NCBI GenBank assembly: GCA_963788195.1 | Contig: CAWBGA010000011.1 | Location: forward strand, 1-64,000 | Direction: 5' to 3' | Length of the DNA stretch: 64,000 nt | Source of the DNA: Nitrospirota bacterium | Lineage (GTDB): Bacteria > Nitrospirota > Nitrospiria > Nitrospirales > NS-4 | Shown: positions 10,201-18,765 of the stretch, one piece after another | Position numbering within the stretch: the first letter of the stretch is position 1 | How the letters are laid out: the number at the start of each line of letters is the position of its first letter | The notes under the pieces: generated by a model | Database searches by the model: none | Told to the model about the DNA's origin: nothing | Seen by the model: only the letters and a program-made list of their open reading frames with translations | Program-made: the position numbers and the translations under genes

Positions 10201-10314
10201 GACGAGGTGTACATCTACGTCTCGAGCAAAGTGCCCGAGGCGACCGGCCAGAACCAGCATCCGGTGAAGAAAGGGGAAATGGAAGGCCAGCTCATCCTCG
10301 GCCGTGTGCGGTGA
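7207..10314 (+). CDS. Exported WD40 / Ig-like / SH3b / caspase-family (peptidase C14) protein
   Basis: Signal peptide; 7 GH..WD repeats; SH3b-like GDWYRVQ..GWV; WAVVIGISKY, YAGHG (His 9790) and TDSCYSG (Cys 9964) dyad; DLDGDGVITVDE EF-hand-like loop. Confidence 0.92.
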   Translation: MTGRAPLFLNVTLWALLAVVAPLAGAHTPAPADLATRLLAGHTGEVFAVSYSPDGRVLATAGGDQTIRLWEPATGRELNIFRGHMGTVRALAFSPDGRLLASGSADTTIRLWDMTSGKELKSLTSRFGGIQAIVFSPDGDTLASGGTDGTVRLWDWTNGKELKSMRSRFGIIFSIAFSPDGRTLATGSSDHQVHLWDLATGMEKSAMAGHEGHIHAVTFSPDGRFVASGSEDRAVRLWDVDTGKERNVFTGHTAEINTLAFARDGRTLVSADSAGAIKVWDVATGNERASLSGHAGPVWSLAVSPDGSLVATGGRDRIVRVQPPASPVLSATMAEKIKKRGNEIGPAPSPPPLPEADLSIRPLEAKAGSTITLALTVKNKGKGPLYQFQAKTKSADPLLDGQIFYLGKIEAGQKAEDTVTIKVPQDRVDGELPLRLEFEEHNGFTPDPVKAVIALKGLPRPRFAYTYQIIDDGSGKSVGNSDGRIQKGEAVDLLLTVKNVGTVPAQQTVAEITSSPTQGLRITEGAIDFGVLKPQETKTARVNVFIAKELTATQIPLKLFIREKSLNIILDEPLTLALDQRPAPQIIVTNKMAAVVRQSVKIHSGAGPETTVIASAGKDQPLAVTGELGDWYRVQISETESGWVQKSELKEAAMSAKGEMPIPTVTAPPVVKVFQNAPPVIALASPSNAQQLTADRVQLIGAAASERGIARVEVRLNGQVLARRDTRGVAVVPTEEKTANLQFSERIPLREGKNEIVVTAVDQENLSSTHTVSVTRIIDKGKIWAVVIGISKYKAVRALQYADKDALAFYDYLVNHVGVAKENTTLLINEQATLVALKRTLGTELKRKAGEKDTVIIYYAGHGAPESEATASDDDGLEKYIVPHDADPNDLYTTGLPMREVETIFQRLAPERVIFITDSCYSGATAGRTFQTASRRAVISEAFLSRLSKGKGRIVLTASRASEVSEERENLGHGVFTYFLLEGLRGKADLDGDGVITVDEVYIYVSSKVPEATGQNQHPVKKGEMEGQLILGRVR

Positions 10315-10546
10315 CCACCACAAGAGACTGACGCCATAATTCTTTCCTAACTGTTTTTGATTAGCCTGAGCGAGGGTGGCGAAATGCCGGCTCCTAGTGC
10401 ACCCGTCCCAGGCGGCCAAACGGCGCCGCCGCCGTAAGCCGCCGGTCATCTTCGCAGACGACTTCGCTGCATCGTGAGTTTTATCGTCTCGTGGGTTTTG
10501 CGACGCGCGAGCGCCTTGGTCTTCAGCAGCGAAGAAAGGACAAGTG

Positions 10547-10852
10547 ATGACAACCAACAGCATGAGACACATTTTACTATTGAGATGGACGCTGACCATG
10601 TGTGTCAGTTTCTCCACATGGATTCTGCCGAGCAGCCTCGCCAATGCCAGAGATCTCGATCAACCTGCGCAGCAGACTACTCTTGAGGAACAGAAAAAGG
10701 ACCAGAGTAGCTCGGACAAGGTGCAGGAGCGGGGCACTAAACGCACTGCGCCCATTCCACCCAAAGGTCCTCCGAGTGATCCGACGAAGACACCGTCACC
10801 AGGTGGCCCAGTGCCGATCCCGTACCCGTATACTCCAGAAGAACGAAAGTGA
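10547..10852 (+). CDS. Small secreted Pro-rich protein with VQERG and GGPVPIPYP motifs
   Basis: AAGGA RBS; signal peptide ending ANA; start could be 10562. Confidence 0.65.
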   Translation: MTTNSMRHILLLRWTLTMCVSFSTWILPSSLANARDLDQPAQQTTLEEQKKDQSSSDKVQERGTKRTAPIPPKGPPSDPTKTPSPGGPVPIPYPYTPEERK

Positions 10853-11167
10853 CATGAAGAGTTGAGTTCCTGCCTTAGGATCAATGTCCTGGGACATGTA
10901 CTTAAATTCAGTGTACTGAGAATTTGACTGGAATAAAAAAACTGTAGGTGCTAGCCTGCCGCTGCGCAAACAAACTAACGGAACTCAATCCCCACCTGCC
11001 CCATGGCATGAAGACGCAGGAGTGGTCTCCTGCAGCGCCTCAAGCCGGTGAAAAGGAAACAGCTCAGCCGGCTAGGGCATACGTGAGTCCTTGGACCCCT
11101 CATTGAAATAGTGAATCCCAACTCGGACATGGCACAATTTTTCAGGCTCAAGGAAGGACAGTACCCC

Positions 11168-13897
11168 ATGGGGACTAAGATCCTGTTCGTGGTTTCGACG
11201 ATCGTTGCGAACCTGCTCCTCGTCGGAGCGATAGATCTGGCATCGGCTCAAGACCTCGCTAGTGTCCAGATTGAACGCGGCGCGCATTTTCTCACGCCGG
11301 ACGGAGCGGACACATTCGTGACACCGGGTCTGTACCAGATAGAGGGAGCAGATGCGACAGGATTGCGCCTCATGCAGCCTGATCAGCCACAGGAGATTAA
11401 GATCCAGGCATCCCACGTGACGCACCAAGAATCAGTCCCCGCCCCCGTCGCCATCACCATCATTGATGAAGACCAGCCGGACCAGGTCCACGTCGTGCTT
11501 CTGTTACCGGATGGCCGGGGGCTCGATGCGCGCGGCTCGTTCAGTGGTATAGGATCTCGTGCGGTCGCCTCCACCGTCAAATCTGCCCAGATTCAGAAAG
11601 CCATGCTTCCGGCGCAAGGCAGTCAGACGCGCGCCGCGTTTCTATATGGCATTTCGCCGGATGGAACGCTGAAGTGGTACCGCCACAATGGGGCACTGAC
11701 CGGCGCCGGGCTGAATGTCGCCGGGTCCTGGGCCGGCCCCTTGAATGTTGGATCAGGGTGGCAGACCTTTCGGCAGGTGGTCCCGGGCGGCGCCGGCGTC
11801 CTCTATGCAATTGCCCCCGATGGCACGCTGAACTGGTACAGCCATGACGACTCTATTAACGGCACACCCGTCTGGCGTGGAGCCAAGCCCGTGGGCAGTG
11901 GCTGGCAGAACTTCAAACACGTGTTCTCCGTCTCCGAGGGCATCCTGTATGGGATCACCAACGACGGTGTCCTGAAGTGGTATCGGCATAGCGGCTACCA
12001 GGAGGGAAAAGGAGTGAACGAAGGCGGCTGGCTGGGCCCGCGCGATGTGGGAACCGGATGGCAGAACTTCAAGCAAGTCATCGGGGCCTGCGACGGCGTG
12101 ATTTACGCCATCACCACCGATGGGACGCTGAAGTGGTACCGGCACACAGGGTATCGGGATGGCACGGTTGCCTGGGATGGCCCCAAGGATGTCGGGTCCG
12201 GCTGGCAAACGTTCACGCAGGTGTTCGCCGCGTGTGACGGGATTATGTACGCCGTGGCCGCAGACGGTGTCCTCAAATGGTACAAGCACACGGGCTATCG
12301 CGACGGCGCTCCGGCCTGGCAAGGGCCCAATGATGTGGGCTCCGGCTGGCAGAATTTCACGAAAGTCGTGTCGCTCCTGCCCATCCCGACACCGCAACCA
12401 TCCTCACCGCCGGCCGAACAACAAGTCCAGGCTGGAAAATGGATTACCTGGAGCTATCTCGCCATGACGCATCCCGAGGTCGTGGGTCAAGCCTTGGCCG
12501 ACGTCCAGGCGGGCAAACGGACTCCAGCATCCATGGCCGGATTCGCCGCTCCGGCGCAGCTGTCCGAGATGCTGAAGAAAAACTGGACGGCAGAAGTGTC
12601 GAAGTTGCAGTCGGCGCGTGTCGCCGCCCTCCAGCCGGCCGGCGTTACCACCCGGGGAGGCAGTCTCGCTCAAAGCGCTGTTTCATTCTCTACCGCCGAC
12701 AAGATGGCGAGCACGCAGAACCAGTTATCGACTACAATTCAAGGTCCGCGGACGGTTCGGCTATCAGTCCCGCTGCCTGCCAAGAACATGGGCGACGCGT
12801 TTGCGGGTGAGCGCCGCACCGCCAAAGTGATGATCACCGCCCCGGAGGATGACGTGCTCACCGTCGAGTTCGATAAAGATGCCACGGACCGCCGCTTCCG
12901 GGTGGTGGGCCTCACAACCTATACCGGGAAGCTCACTTACACCATACAACACACGGGCGGCCATCTCGTAGAGGCGCAGAAAGTATCCGCCGCCGCCGCC
13001 GGCACCAGCACTATCGCATCGATCCCCGTGAGGGCCGGCCAACTAGTGAGCGTCGAAATCGCCTTCGAGCCCGGAGGGGATCTTTTCAACCTGATCCCGC
13101 GGGTGGGCCAACATGTAGTCACCCTCTACATCACAGGCAAGAAGGGATGGGGCTTCGACAAGCCAATCCGTGCCTATGCGAATGGCATCAACTTCGGAGT
13201 CCTGATGTACGCGAAGCAGGGCCATGAGGAGACAATCACCGGGCGTGAAGTGGGGATGCCTATCGTCCTCACGAATGCGACCGCGACACCCATCACCGGT
13301 ACCCTGACCGCCCCGCAGTTGCCTTCCGGCGTCATGATGTCTCCTGTATCGGTGTCGCTCGGCCCGCAAAGCACCCAAGAGCAACTCCTGAAATTTATGG
13401 TGAACAAGGAGGCGGTCGATGGAACCAACCAGCCGATCGTCGTTGAGTTGAGATATGCTGGAGCAACACGTTCACTCAACTTGGACATGACCATCTTTCA
13501 TCCGTGGGTATTCTGGTGTGTGGGGGTCGATTGCAAAGATCCGGGCCGAGAGTATGGCTTTTTTGACTCCGAGCCTCTGAACGCGCTCGCGCCGTTGAAA
13601 GGATGCGCAAGAGGTGATGTGGGTCTCAACCAGTTTATGGGGTGGATTAGAGAGGACGGCCAGTGGGCGTGGAAAATCACTGCCTATAACTCTAAGACGA
13701 TTGACGTTGGGGGAAGCGATCTTCATGTGGATGCCATATCGCGTGCTAATCCGGTTGTGCGAGATAGGATCAACGTTCACATAGGCCCGGGTACACGGTC
13801 GCAGCTTTACGAGCGGACCAACGAGCACTTTTGGATCCGAGATAACTTCTTTGCTGCGGCTGAACTTGGATTCGCTGTGAGTTGCATATCAGAATGA
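11168..13897 (+). CDS. Secreted multidomain protein: shared N-domain, 5 tachylectin-2-type repeats, Ig-like domains
   Basis: AAGGA RBS; signal peptide; five [IV]LY.I..DG.LKWY.H...W.GP..VG.GWQ.F repeats at about 11639-12378. Confidence 0.85.
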   Translation: MGTKILFVVSTIVANLLLVGAIDLASAQDLASVQIERGAHFLTPDGADTFVTPGLYQIEGADATGLRLMQPDQPQEIKIQASHVTHQESVPAPVAITIIDEDQPDQVHVVLLLPDGRGLDARGSFSGIGSRAVASTVKSAQIQKAMLPAQGSQTRAAFLYGISPDGTLKWYRHNGALTGAGLNVAGSWAGPLNVGSGWQTFRQVVPGGAGVLYAIAPDGTLNWYSHDDSINGTPVWRGAKPVGSGWQNFKHVFSVSEGILYGITNDGVLKWYRHSGYQEGKGVNEGGWLGPRDVGTGWQNFKQVIGACDGVIYAITTDGTLKWYRHTGYRDGTVAWDGPKDVGSGWQTFTQVFAACDGIMYAVAADGVLKWYKHTGYRDGAPAWQGPNDVGSGWQNFTKVVSLLPIPTPQPSSPPAEQQVQAGKWITWSYLAMTHPEVVGQALADVQAGKRTPASMAGFAAPAQLSEMLKKNWTAEVSKLQSARVAALQPAGVTTRGGSLAQSAVSFSTADKMASTQNQLSTTIQGPRTVRLSVPLPAKNMGDAFAGERRTAKVMITAPEDDVLTVEFDKDATDRRFRVVGLTTYTGKLTYTIQHTGGHLVEAQKVSAAAAGTSTIASIPVRAGQLVSVEIAFEPGGDLFNLIPRVGQHVVTLYITGKKGWGFDKPIRAYANGINFGVLMYAKQGHEETITGREVGMPIVLTNATATPITGTLTAPQLPSGVMMSPVSVSLGPQSTQEQLLKFMVNKEAVDGTNQPIVVELRYAGATRSLNLDMTIFHPWVFWCVGVDCKDPGREYGFFDSEPLNALAPLKGCARGDVGLNQFMGWIREDGQWAWKITAYNSKTIDVGGSDLHVDAISRANPVVRDRINVHIGPGTRSQLYERTNEHFWIRDNFFAAAELGFAVSCISE

Positions 13898-14135
13898 CAC
13901 GCTTCGGGATAGACTCCGGCTTTGCCGACCGGCCACTCCCCCCGGCAGAACGTTAACCTTTTCTGATCGACTCCCTGGGAATGACTATGCGTGTGCGTAC
14001 TCAAATAAGAGTCAACAGGAGACTGCGGAGCAGCCATCACGAAACGGTGAACACTTGTTTCATCACAATAAATGCAAAATAATTACACAATTGAAGGACT
14101 GCAATCAGCGCCTCGCAAATTCACCTGCTGACGGA

Positions 14136-14195
14136 ATGCATCCCGTGAAGAAGGGCGAAGTCGAAGGACAACTCATCTTAGGGCGCGTGCGATAA
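14136..14195 (+). pseudogene. Orphan diverged copy of the last 18 codons of the caspase gene
   Basis: HPVKKGEVEGQLILGRVR* vs HPVKKGEMEGQLILGRVR* at 10258-10314; differences are mostly synonymous. Confidence 0.85.
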
Positions 14196-14249
14196 CAGCC
14201 GTTGTGCTAGTCAGCGCCCATCAGCCCCCGTGTGACAAGGCCTAAGCCA

Positions 14250-14279
14250 TTGACCTTCAAGAAATTTAAAGAATACAAT
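14250..14279 (+). promoter_or_regulatory. Candidate sigma70 promoter
   Basis: TTGACC-N18-TACAAT. Confidence 0.45.
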
Positions 14280-14309
14280 CTGCGTTCTCTCGGCAACAAT
14301 AAGGGCCCT

Positions 14310-14894
14310 ATGCTCGCACGAACTCTTTTGCTGACTATCATGGTGGTCTGTCCCCTGTTGGGAGCTTGTGCGGGAATCAAGGGTACGTCGCCCACCGTGC
14401 CGACGGTCCTGATCGACCGGCCCGTATACTTCACGAATCGGGATGATTCTGATACTGTGGCGGCCCCTGGTCTGTACGAGGTGATGCCCAGTGGCGAATC
14501 AGGCCTTCGGCTCATTCCGTCGCAAAGTCACGAAGGAGTCGTAATTCGAGCCACAGCGTTTACCTTTGAAGAGGAGTTGGCTTCGCCGGTCGCCCTGGCG
14601 GTCCCCGACAATGAGAGCGACTACCACGTGGTCCTTTTAACGCCGGGCGGAGCCGGCCTTGTCGCTTCGGGCTCGCTACACGAAGTTCGGCAGCGCGGCG
14701 TCGGCTCAGTGAGCCTCGCGAAATCGAAAATCATGAGCGCGCTGGCGCGCTATCGGGCGCGCGAACAGACCAAAGAGCAGTTGGCGGCCTTTCCCCGCTT
14801 ACCAATTGGACAAGACGAGTGGCAGTATCAGATCGACGGGGTATGGATGACTGAGCAACAAGCGCTTGAGCGTCTCACTCAAATGCAAAAATAG
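14310..14894 (+). CDS. Lipoprotein with shared ~100-aa N-domain
   Basis: Lipobox LGAC; IDRPVYF..APGLYEV..HVVLLTPGG; VRQRGV. Confidence 0.75.
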   Translation: MLARTLLLTIMVVCPLLGACAGIKGTSPTVPTVLIDRPVYFTNRDDSDTVAAPGLYEVMPSGESGLRLIPSQSHEGVVIRATAFTFEEELASPVALAVPDNESDYHVVLLTPGGAGLVASGSLHEVRQRGVGSVSLAKSKIMSALARYRAREQTKEQLAAFPRLPIGQDEWQYQIDGVWMTEQQALERLTQMQK

Positions 14895-14974
14895 AGCTCT
14901 CCAGACCTGCACCTGTAAACGGGCTCTTTCGGATGCCTAGGCTATCTCATGATTCAGAGCAAAGGAGCAACCAC

Positions 14975-15971
14975 ATGACGTATGGAAGAGCCTCGATCCT
15001 CCTCGGTGTCTGTCTGGGAATGACTGTGCCGGGTTGTGCTGAAATGATGGGGTCGAAAACAACGGCGCCCCCCGCTCCCCGAATTTATGTCGCCAACGAG
15101 AGCTCGAACTCCGTGAGCGTGATTGATGGACAGAAATTTGAGGTGATCGGAACGGTGGAAGCCAGAAGTCATTCGACACATGATCTCGCGCTAACCCGGG
15201 ATGGTAAGCGGTTGTTTGCGACGAATCTGGCATCGGGCAGATTGTCGGTGATCGATACGGACAAGCTGGAGACCATTGCCTCGATCTTCACAGGGACCCG
15301 CTCGCACGTCGTCACCTTGACGAACGACAACCGACAGGCATGGGTCGCCAATATCGGTGAGGACAATATCTCGATCGTCGATACCGCCACATACCGTATC
15401 CTGGGGACCATCGCGGTGGGGAAAGGACCGACCGGTCTTGACGTTCTCTCAGGATGGACGCTTTGCCTATGTGAGCAACCAAGGCGACAAAAGCGTGAAT
15501 GTGATTGATACGATGACGCATCAGATCATCAAGTCCATCCCGGTAGGCGCCAACCCGCACTTTCTGGTCTTCAGCCCTGATGGAAAGATCTGGGGCACCA
15601 ATACCGGCGGCAATGACATTTACGTGATTGATCCGACCACACAAGAAAAGGTGGCGACCTTTGAAGTGGGTGCGCAACCGCAGCAAATCGCATTCGCCTA
15701 TAAGGGCATGCAGGGACCGAATGCGTATGTCACGGTGGGTAGCCTCAACAAGGTCATCGCTGTAAGCTCTGATCCAAACCACTTGAAAATTGTCGACCAG
15801 ATCGCCGTCGGTGACGCTCCAAATGGGATCTGGGCCAATGCGGAAGGCACCCGGTTATTCGTCGGGAATCAAACATCCAATGATGTGCGTGTGATCGATA
15901 CCGGAACAAGCCAGGTGATTGCTACGATACCGGTCGGTCGTAAACCGATCCGCGTCGTGGTGTCCCGATGA
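14975..15971 (+). CDS. YVTN/YncE-family beta-propeller lipoprotein (frameshift about 15440)
   Basis: AAGGAG RBS; VPGC lipobox; YVAN..SNSVSVID / IPVG..P repeats continue across two frames. Confidence 0.85.
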
Positions 15972-16020
15972 CCGCTCAAGTATTCGCATCATTCAGTCCA
16001 CAACCTCGGGGAGGCACCGA

Positions 16021-16647
16021 ATGAATACCTTTGGCCTGGCATTTGCCAGAATCATGGCGATTCTGCCCTTTATCGCCGCACCGATTGCCTTTGCGCAGAG
16101 TGTCCAGGTGGCGACCGCTCAGAATGCAATTGGGAATCTGGTTGTGGTACGACCGGATGGGATTCAAGAGAAATTATCAGGGAAAGGGCCGCTGCCGCTC
16201 TATGAGGGAGATATTGTGAAAGCAGAGGCCGGCAGTCAGGCTTTGATTCTATTTAATGAGGGCATTCAGGTTGCCTTGAATGAGAATACGACCTTTAAGA
16301 TACTGTCGCGCTGGGAAAAGGGGAAGCCGGCCACCCGTATTATCCGCCTGAAGCAGGGGGAAGTCTGGGTCAAGACCGGCGATGGGCCCAAAGCATTTGA
16401 AGTCGAGACGCCCGTGGCCACAGCCGCGGTCCGTGAGACAGAATTTAACATGAAGGTACAACCAGACGGCCAGTCGATCTTGACCGTGATTCAGGGGATA
16501 GTGGAGTTCGGTACGGCTTTTGGGACATGTCCCATTCGCACATCCACCATTAGCTACGGTGTGCGCGGAAAGAAATGTACCAAGCCCGCGCCTACCGATG
16601 TAGCGACGGCTGTGAACTGGACCAAATCCGTCCTATCCTCGCCGTAG
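16021..16647 (+). CDS. Secreted FecR-domain protein
   Basis: GGAGG RBS; signal peptide; LYEGDIV..GSQA..LNENT..LKQGEVW..FEVETPVATAAVRETEF..LTVIQGIV. Confidence 0.85.
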   Translation: MNTFGLAFARIMAILPFIAAPIAFAQSVQVATAQNAIGNLVVVRPDGIQEKLSGKGPLPLYEGDIVKAEAGSQALILFNEGIQVALNENTTFKILSRWEKGKPATRIIRLKQGEVWVKTGDGPKAFEVETPVATAAVRETEFNMKVQPDGQSILTVIQGIVEFGTAFGTCPIRTSTISYGVRGKKCTKPAPTDVATAVNWTKSVLSSP

Positions 16648-16668
16648 GGGATAGGAAGTAGAGCGTGT

Positions 16669-16791
16669 CTTGAAGTTCAATCTGGTGCGGAATAGAATCG
16701 ACCATGCCGAATTTCATTCACGTGGCGACTATTTCTGAAATTCCTCCCGGCACACAGCAAAGGTGGTGCAGGTTCAGAGTATCGAGGTGGC
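16669..16791 (+). repeat. Direct-repeat copy of the Rieske gene promoter and 5' end (partner 18730-18851), truncated
   Basis: TTGAAG-N17-TAGAAT, ATG 16704 encoding MPNFI..IPPGT, then identical gcaaaggtggtgcaggttcagagtatcgaggtggc. Confidence 0.9.
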
Positions 16792-17186
16792 GCCCTTTGT
16801 TCCAGCGGCTCGGGAAAGTGCTCCGATGAAGATACGTGGCTTACCCATATTGCGTCCTTAGAATTGGCTGCTCAGGCGCCTACTCAACTTGCTTCACGCA
16901 CAACCATTCTAGCGCTGCTCGCGCACCTTGCCACAAAGACAATTTCCAACGCCGTTTAGACAAGTTGTCGTTCATAAGTAATACTGCCGTCTTATCTCCT
17001 TTAACGAGACAAACGTCGCATCGAGTCAACAGGCGAGGACCAAACGATCTCGTCTACCACAAACCATACTTCCCAATTTCGCTTTCGTAGGCTCTTGGCG
17101 CCGTATCACGGTAATGTCCTGGTGACAGCAGGACAAATAGCGAAGCATTTCCATACCAGTCCCTGTACTTCAACCTGATTCACCCC

Positions 17187-17600
17187 TTATTGCGTGCCCG
17201 GATTCGGCAATGCCGGCTCATGTATACTTCCGGATTTTGGAACAATAAAACCCACGTCGACGTCGGGGAATAAGCTGAGCTTCACACGTACCTCTATCCC
17301 TTCGACGATAAGTCCACCAATGAACTTTTTAATATTCGCGGCTGTCTCCAACGCTCTCAGAATCGAACTCAGGACCTTGTTATCAGTGGCACCTTCTTTG
17401 AGATGTCTGATTTTTGTTGAATCCATATCGTTAAACGATCCTTGTAGTGTGGCAATCACGGCAGGCAACAAAGCCATCCTCACGTGAAAATCTGTGACAG
17501 ACAGACCAACGGCCTTTAATGCAGGTAGCGCTCTGTTAAAGTCATCTACCGTTTTTTCCATCTGTTTCCTGGCATTCGCTAAGATTGATAAGAATTGCAT
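17187..17600 (-). CDS. Hypothetical protein downstream of the TIR gene
   Basis: AGGAGG RBS before MQFLS; intact ORF. Confidence 0.6.
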   Translation of the reverse strand: MQFLSILANARKQMEKTVDDFNRALPALKAVGLSVTDFHVRMALLPAVIATLQGSFNDMDSTKIRHLKEGATDNKVLSSILRALETAANIKKFIGGLIVEGIEVRVKLSLFPDVDVGFIVPKSGSIHEPALPNPGTQ

Positions 17601-17614
17601 GGCTTCCCTCCTTG

Positions 17615-18454
17615 TCAAACCGTTGTAGGACTACGAATCGCTCCTTGAATAGCTGTTTCTGGCAATTGCCGATGATTCAATATCCCCTCCTGTTTGAGCT
17701 TGTAGGTGTAGTGGAGCGCATACGTTGAGAACGCACAGCTGAGGATTCCCCCGCTGTCCGTAACCAAGAAAGCGAGATCCTGAATAGATGATATTGAGGA
17801 CACAACCGATGAAGAAATAATGAAGGGCCTGTGCCTTGAGCTGGTATAGCGCTACCGCTGCGGCGATGTTCACCATCGCACCGATAGCTCCCAGAGCAGA
17901 GCGCGAACGAAGCCAAGTTATTCAACCCTCGGCCGTTAATGAGCTGGATCTCAGCGAGCCAGAATGGAGTCCCAACCAGAAGATAATATATTCCAGACAG
18001 CAGATATAAATGCGGAAATCTCCAATAAGAGCCTCGCGCCTCCTTGCGGTCTCCAGATTTACATCGTACTGGAGCGCGTGCATCAACTTGAGAAATGCCT
18101 CCTCGTAAGTCGGCTCGATAAAGTCGATCCATTGCAAGCTGCTCAGTGCCAATTCGATATCCGGGGGCATGCGACACGTTTTGTAATACAGTGGCAAAGA
18201 TACGCCGGTGGTGCGATTCGGCAAGCCACAATTCCCTTTTGACATTTTCAGATTCTACTGAGTCGGGGGACAGCACGATCAAGAATGCATCGCATCGACT
18301 AATGGCTTCGCTGATTTCTTTTCGCCAAGCTATTCCGCCGTCGATATCACGGACGGTCAAGCCAGCAGGTAAAGCCCCTCTTTTCCAGGTCATTCACCAA
18401 ATCGTCCACAAATCCACGGTCCTTTCGCGAATAGCTGATAAAGATATTTCTCAT
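17615..18454 (-). pseudogene. TIR-domain protein with C-terminal transmembrane helices, several frameshifts
   Basis: MRNIFISYSRKD, DIDGGIAWRKEISEAI..CDAFLIVLSPDSVESENVKREL..A, LQWIDF; hydrophobic segments follow. Confidence 0.85.
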
Positions 18455-18730
18455 AAATAACCTACGACAATCGACTTGCTTGCCTAAGTCCCTATCCGAG
18501 TCGGGAGCCATATTAAGGTCTATTTTGTTTTGCGGACATAATCGACTATCGAAGGTTTCAGCATAAATAGTGCCATTCTGCAGCTGTTCTATGACTATGG
18601 AAAAATTCAATCGAGGCTGGGATGAATATCTAAATGGATACCTGGGCGTATGAAAAAGGATATATGCTGGGATACTGTTCAGAACTTGAGCCAAGCTTAA
18701 TACGAAGATATACGATGACGAGCAAGAGCC

Positions 18731-18759
18731 TTGAAGTTCCACCCGGTGCGGAATAGAAT
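18731..18759 (+). promoter_or_regulatory. sigma70 promoter, probably leaderless transcript
   Basis: TTGAAG-N17-TAGAAT, 6 nt before ATG 18766; no RBS. Confidence 0.55.
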
Positions 18760-18765
18760 CGATCC

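Noticed and set aside
10370..10440. gcgagggtggcgaaatg resembling a tRNA-Leu 5' end
   Set aside because: No D/T loops or acceptor stem follow; it reads better as a Pro-rich coding relic
16836..17090. Small ORFs in the left part of the TIR island
   Set aside because: No well-placed RBS or recognisable motifs
18486..18510. agtcctatccgagtcgggagcca resembling a tRNA-Asn 3' end / att site
   Set aside because: No TTCG loop, wrong spacing, and no partner copy or integrase
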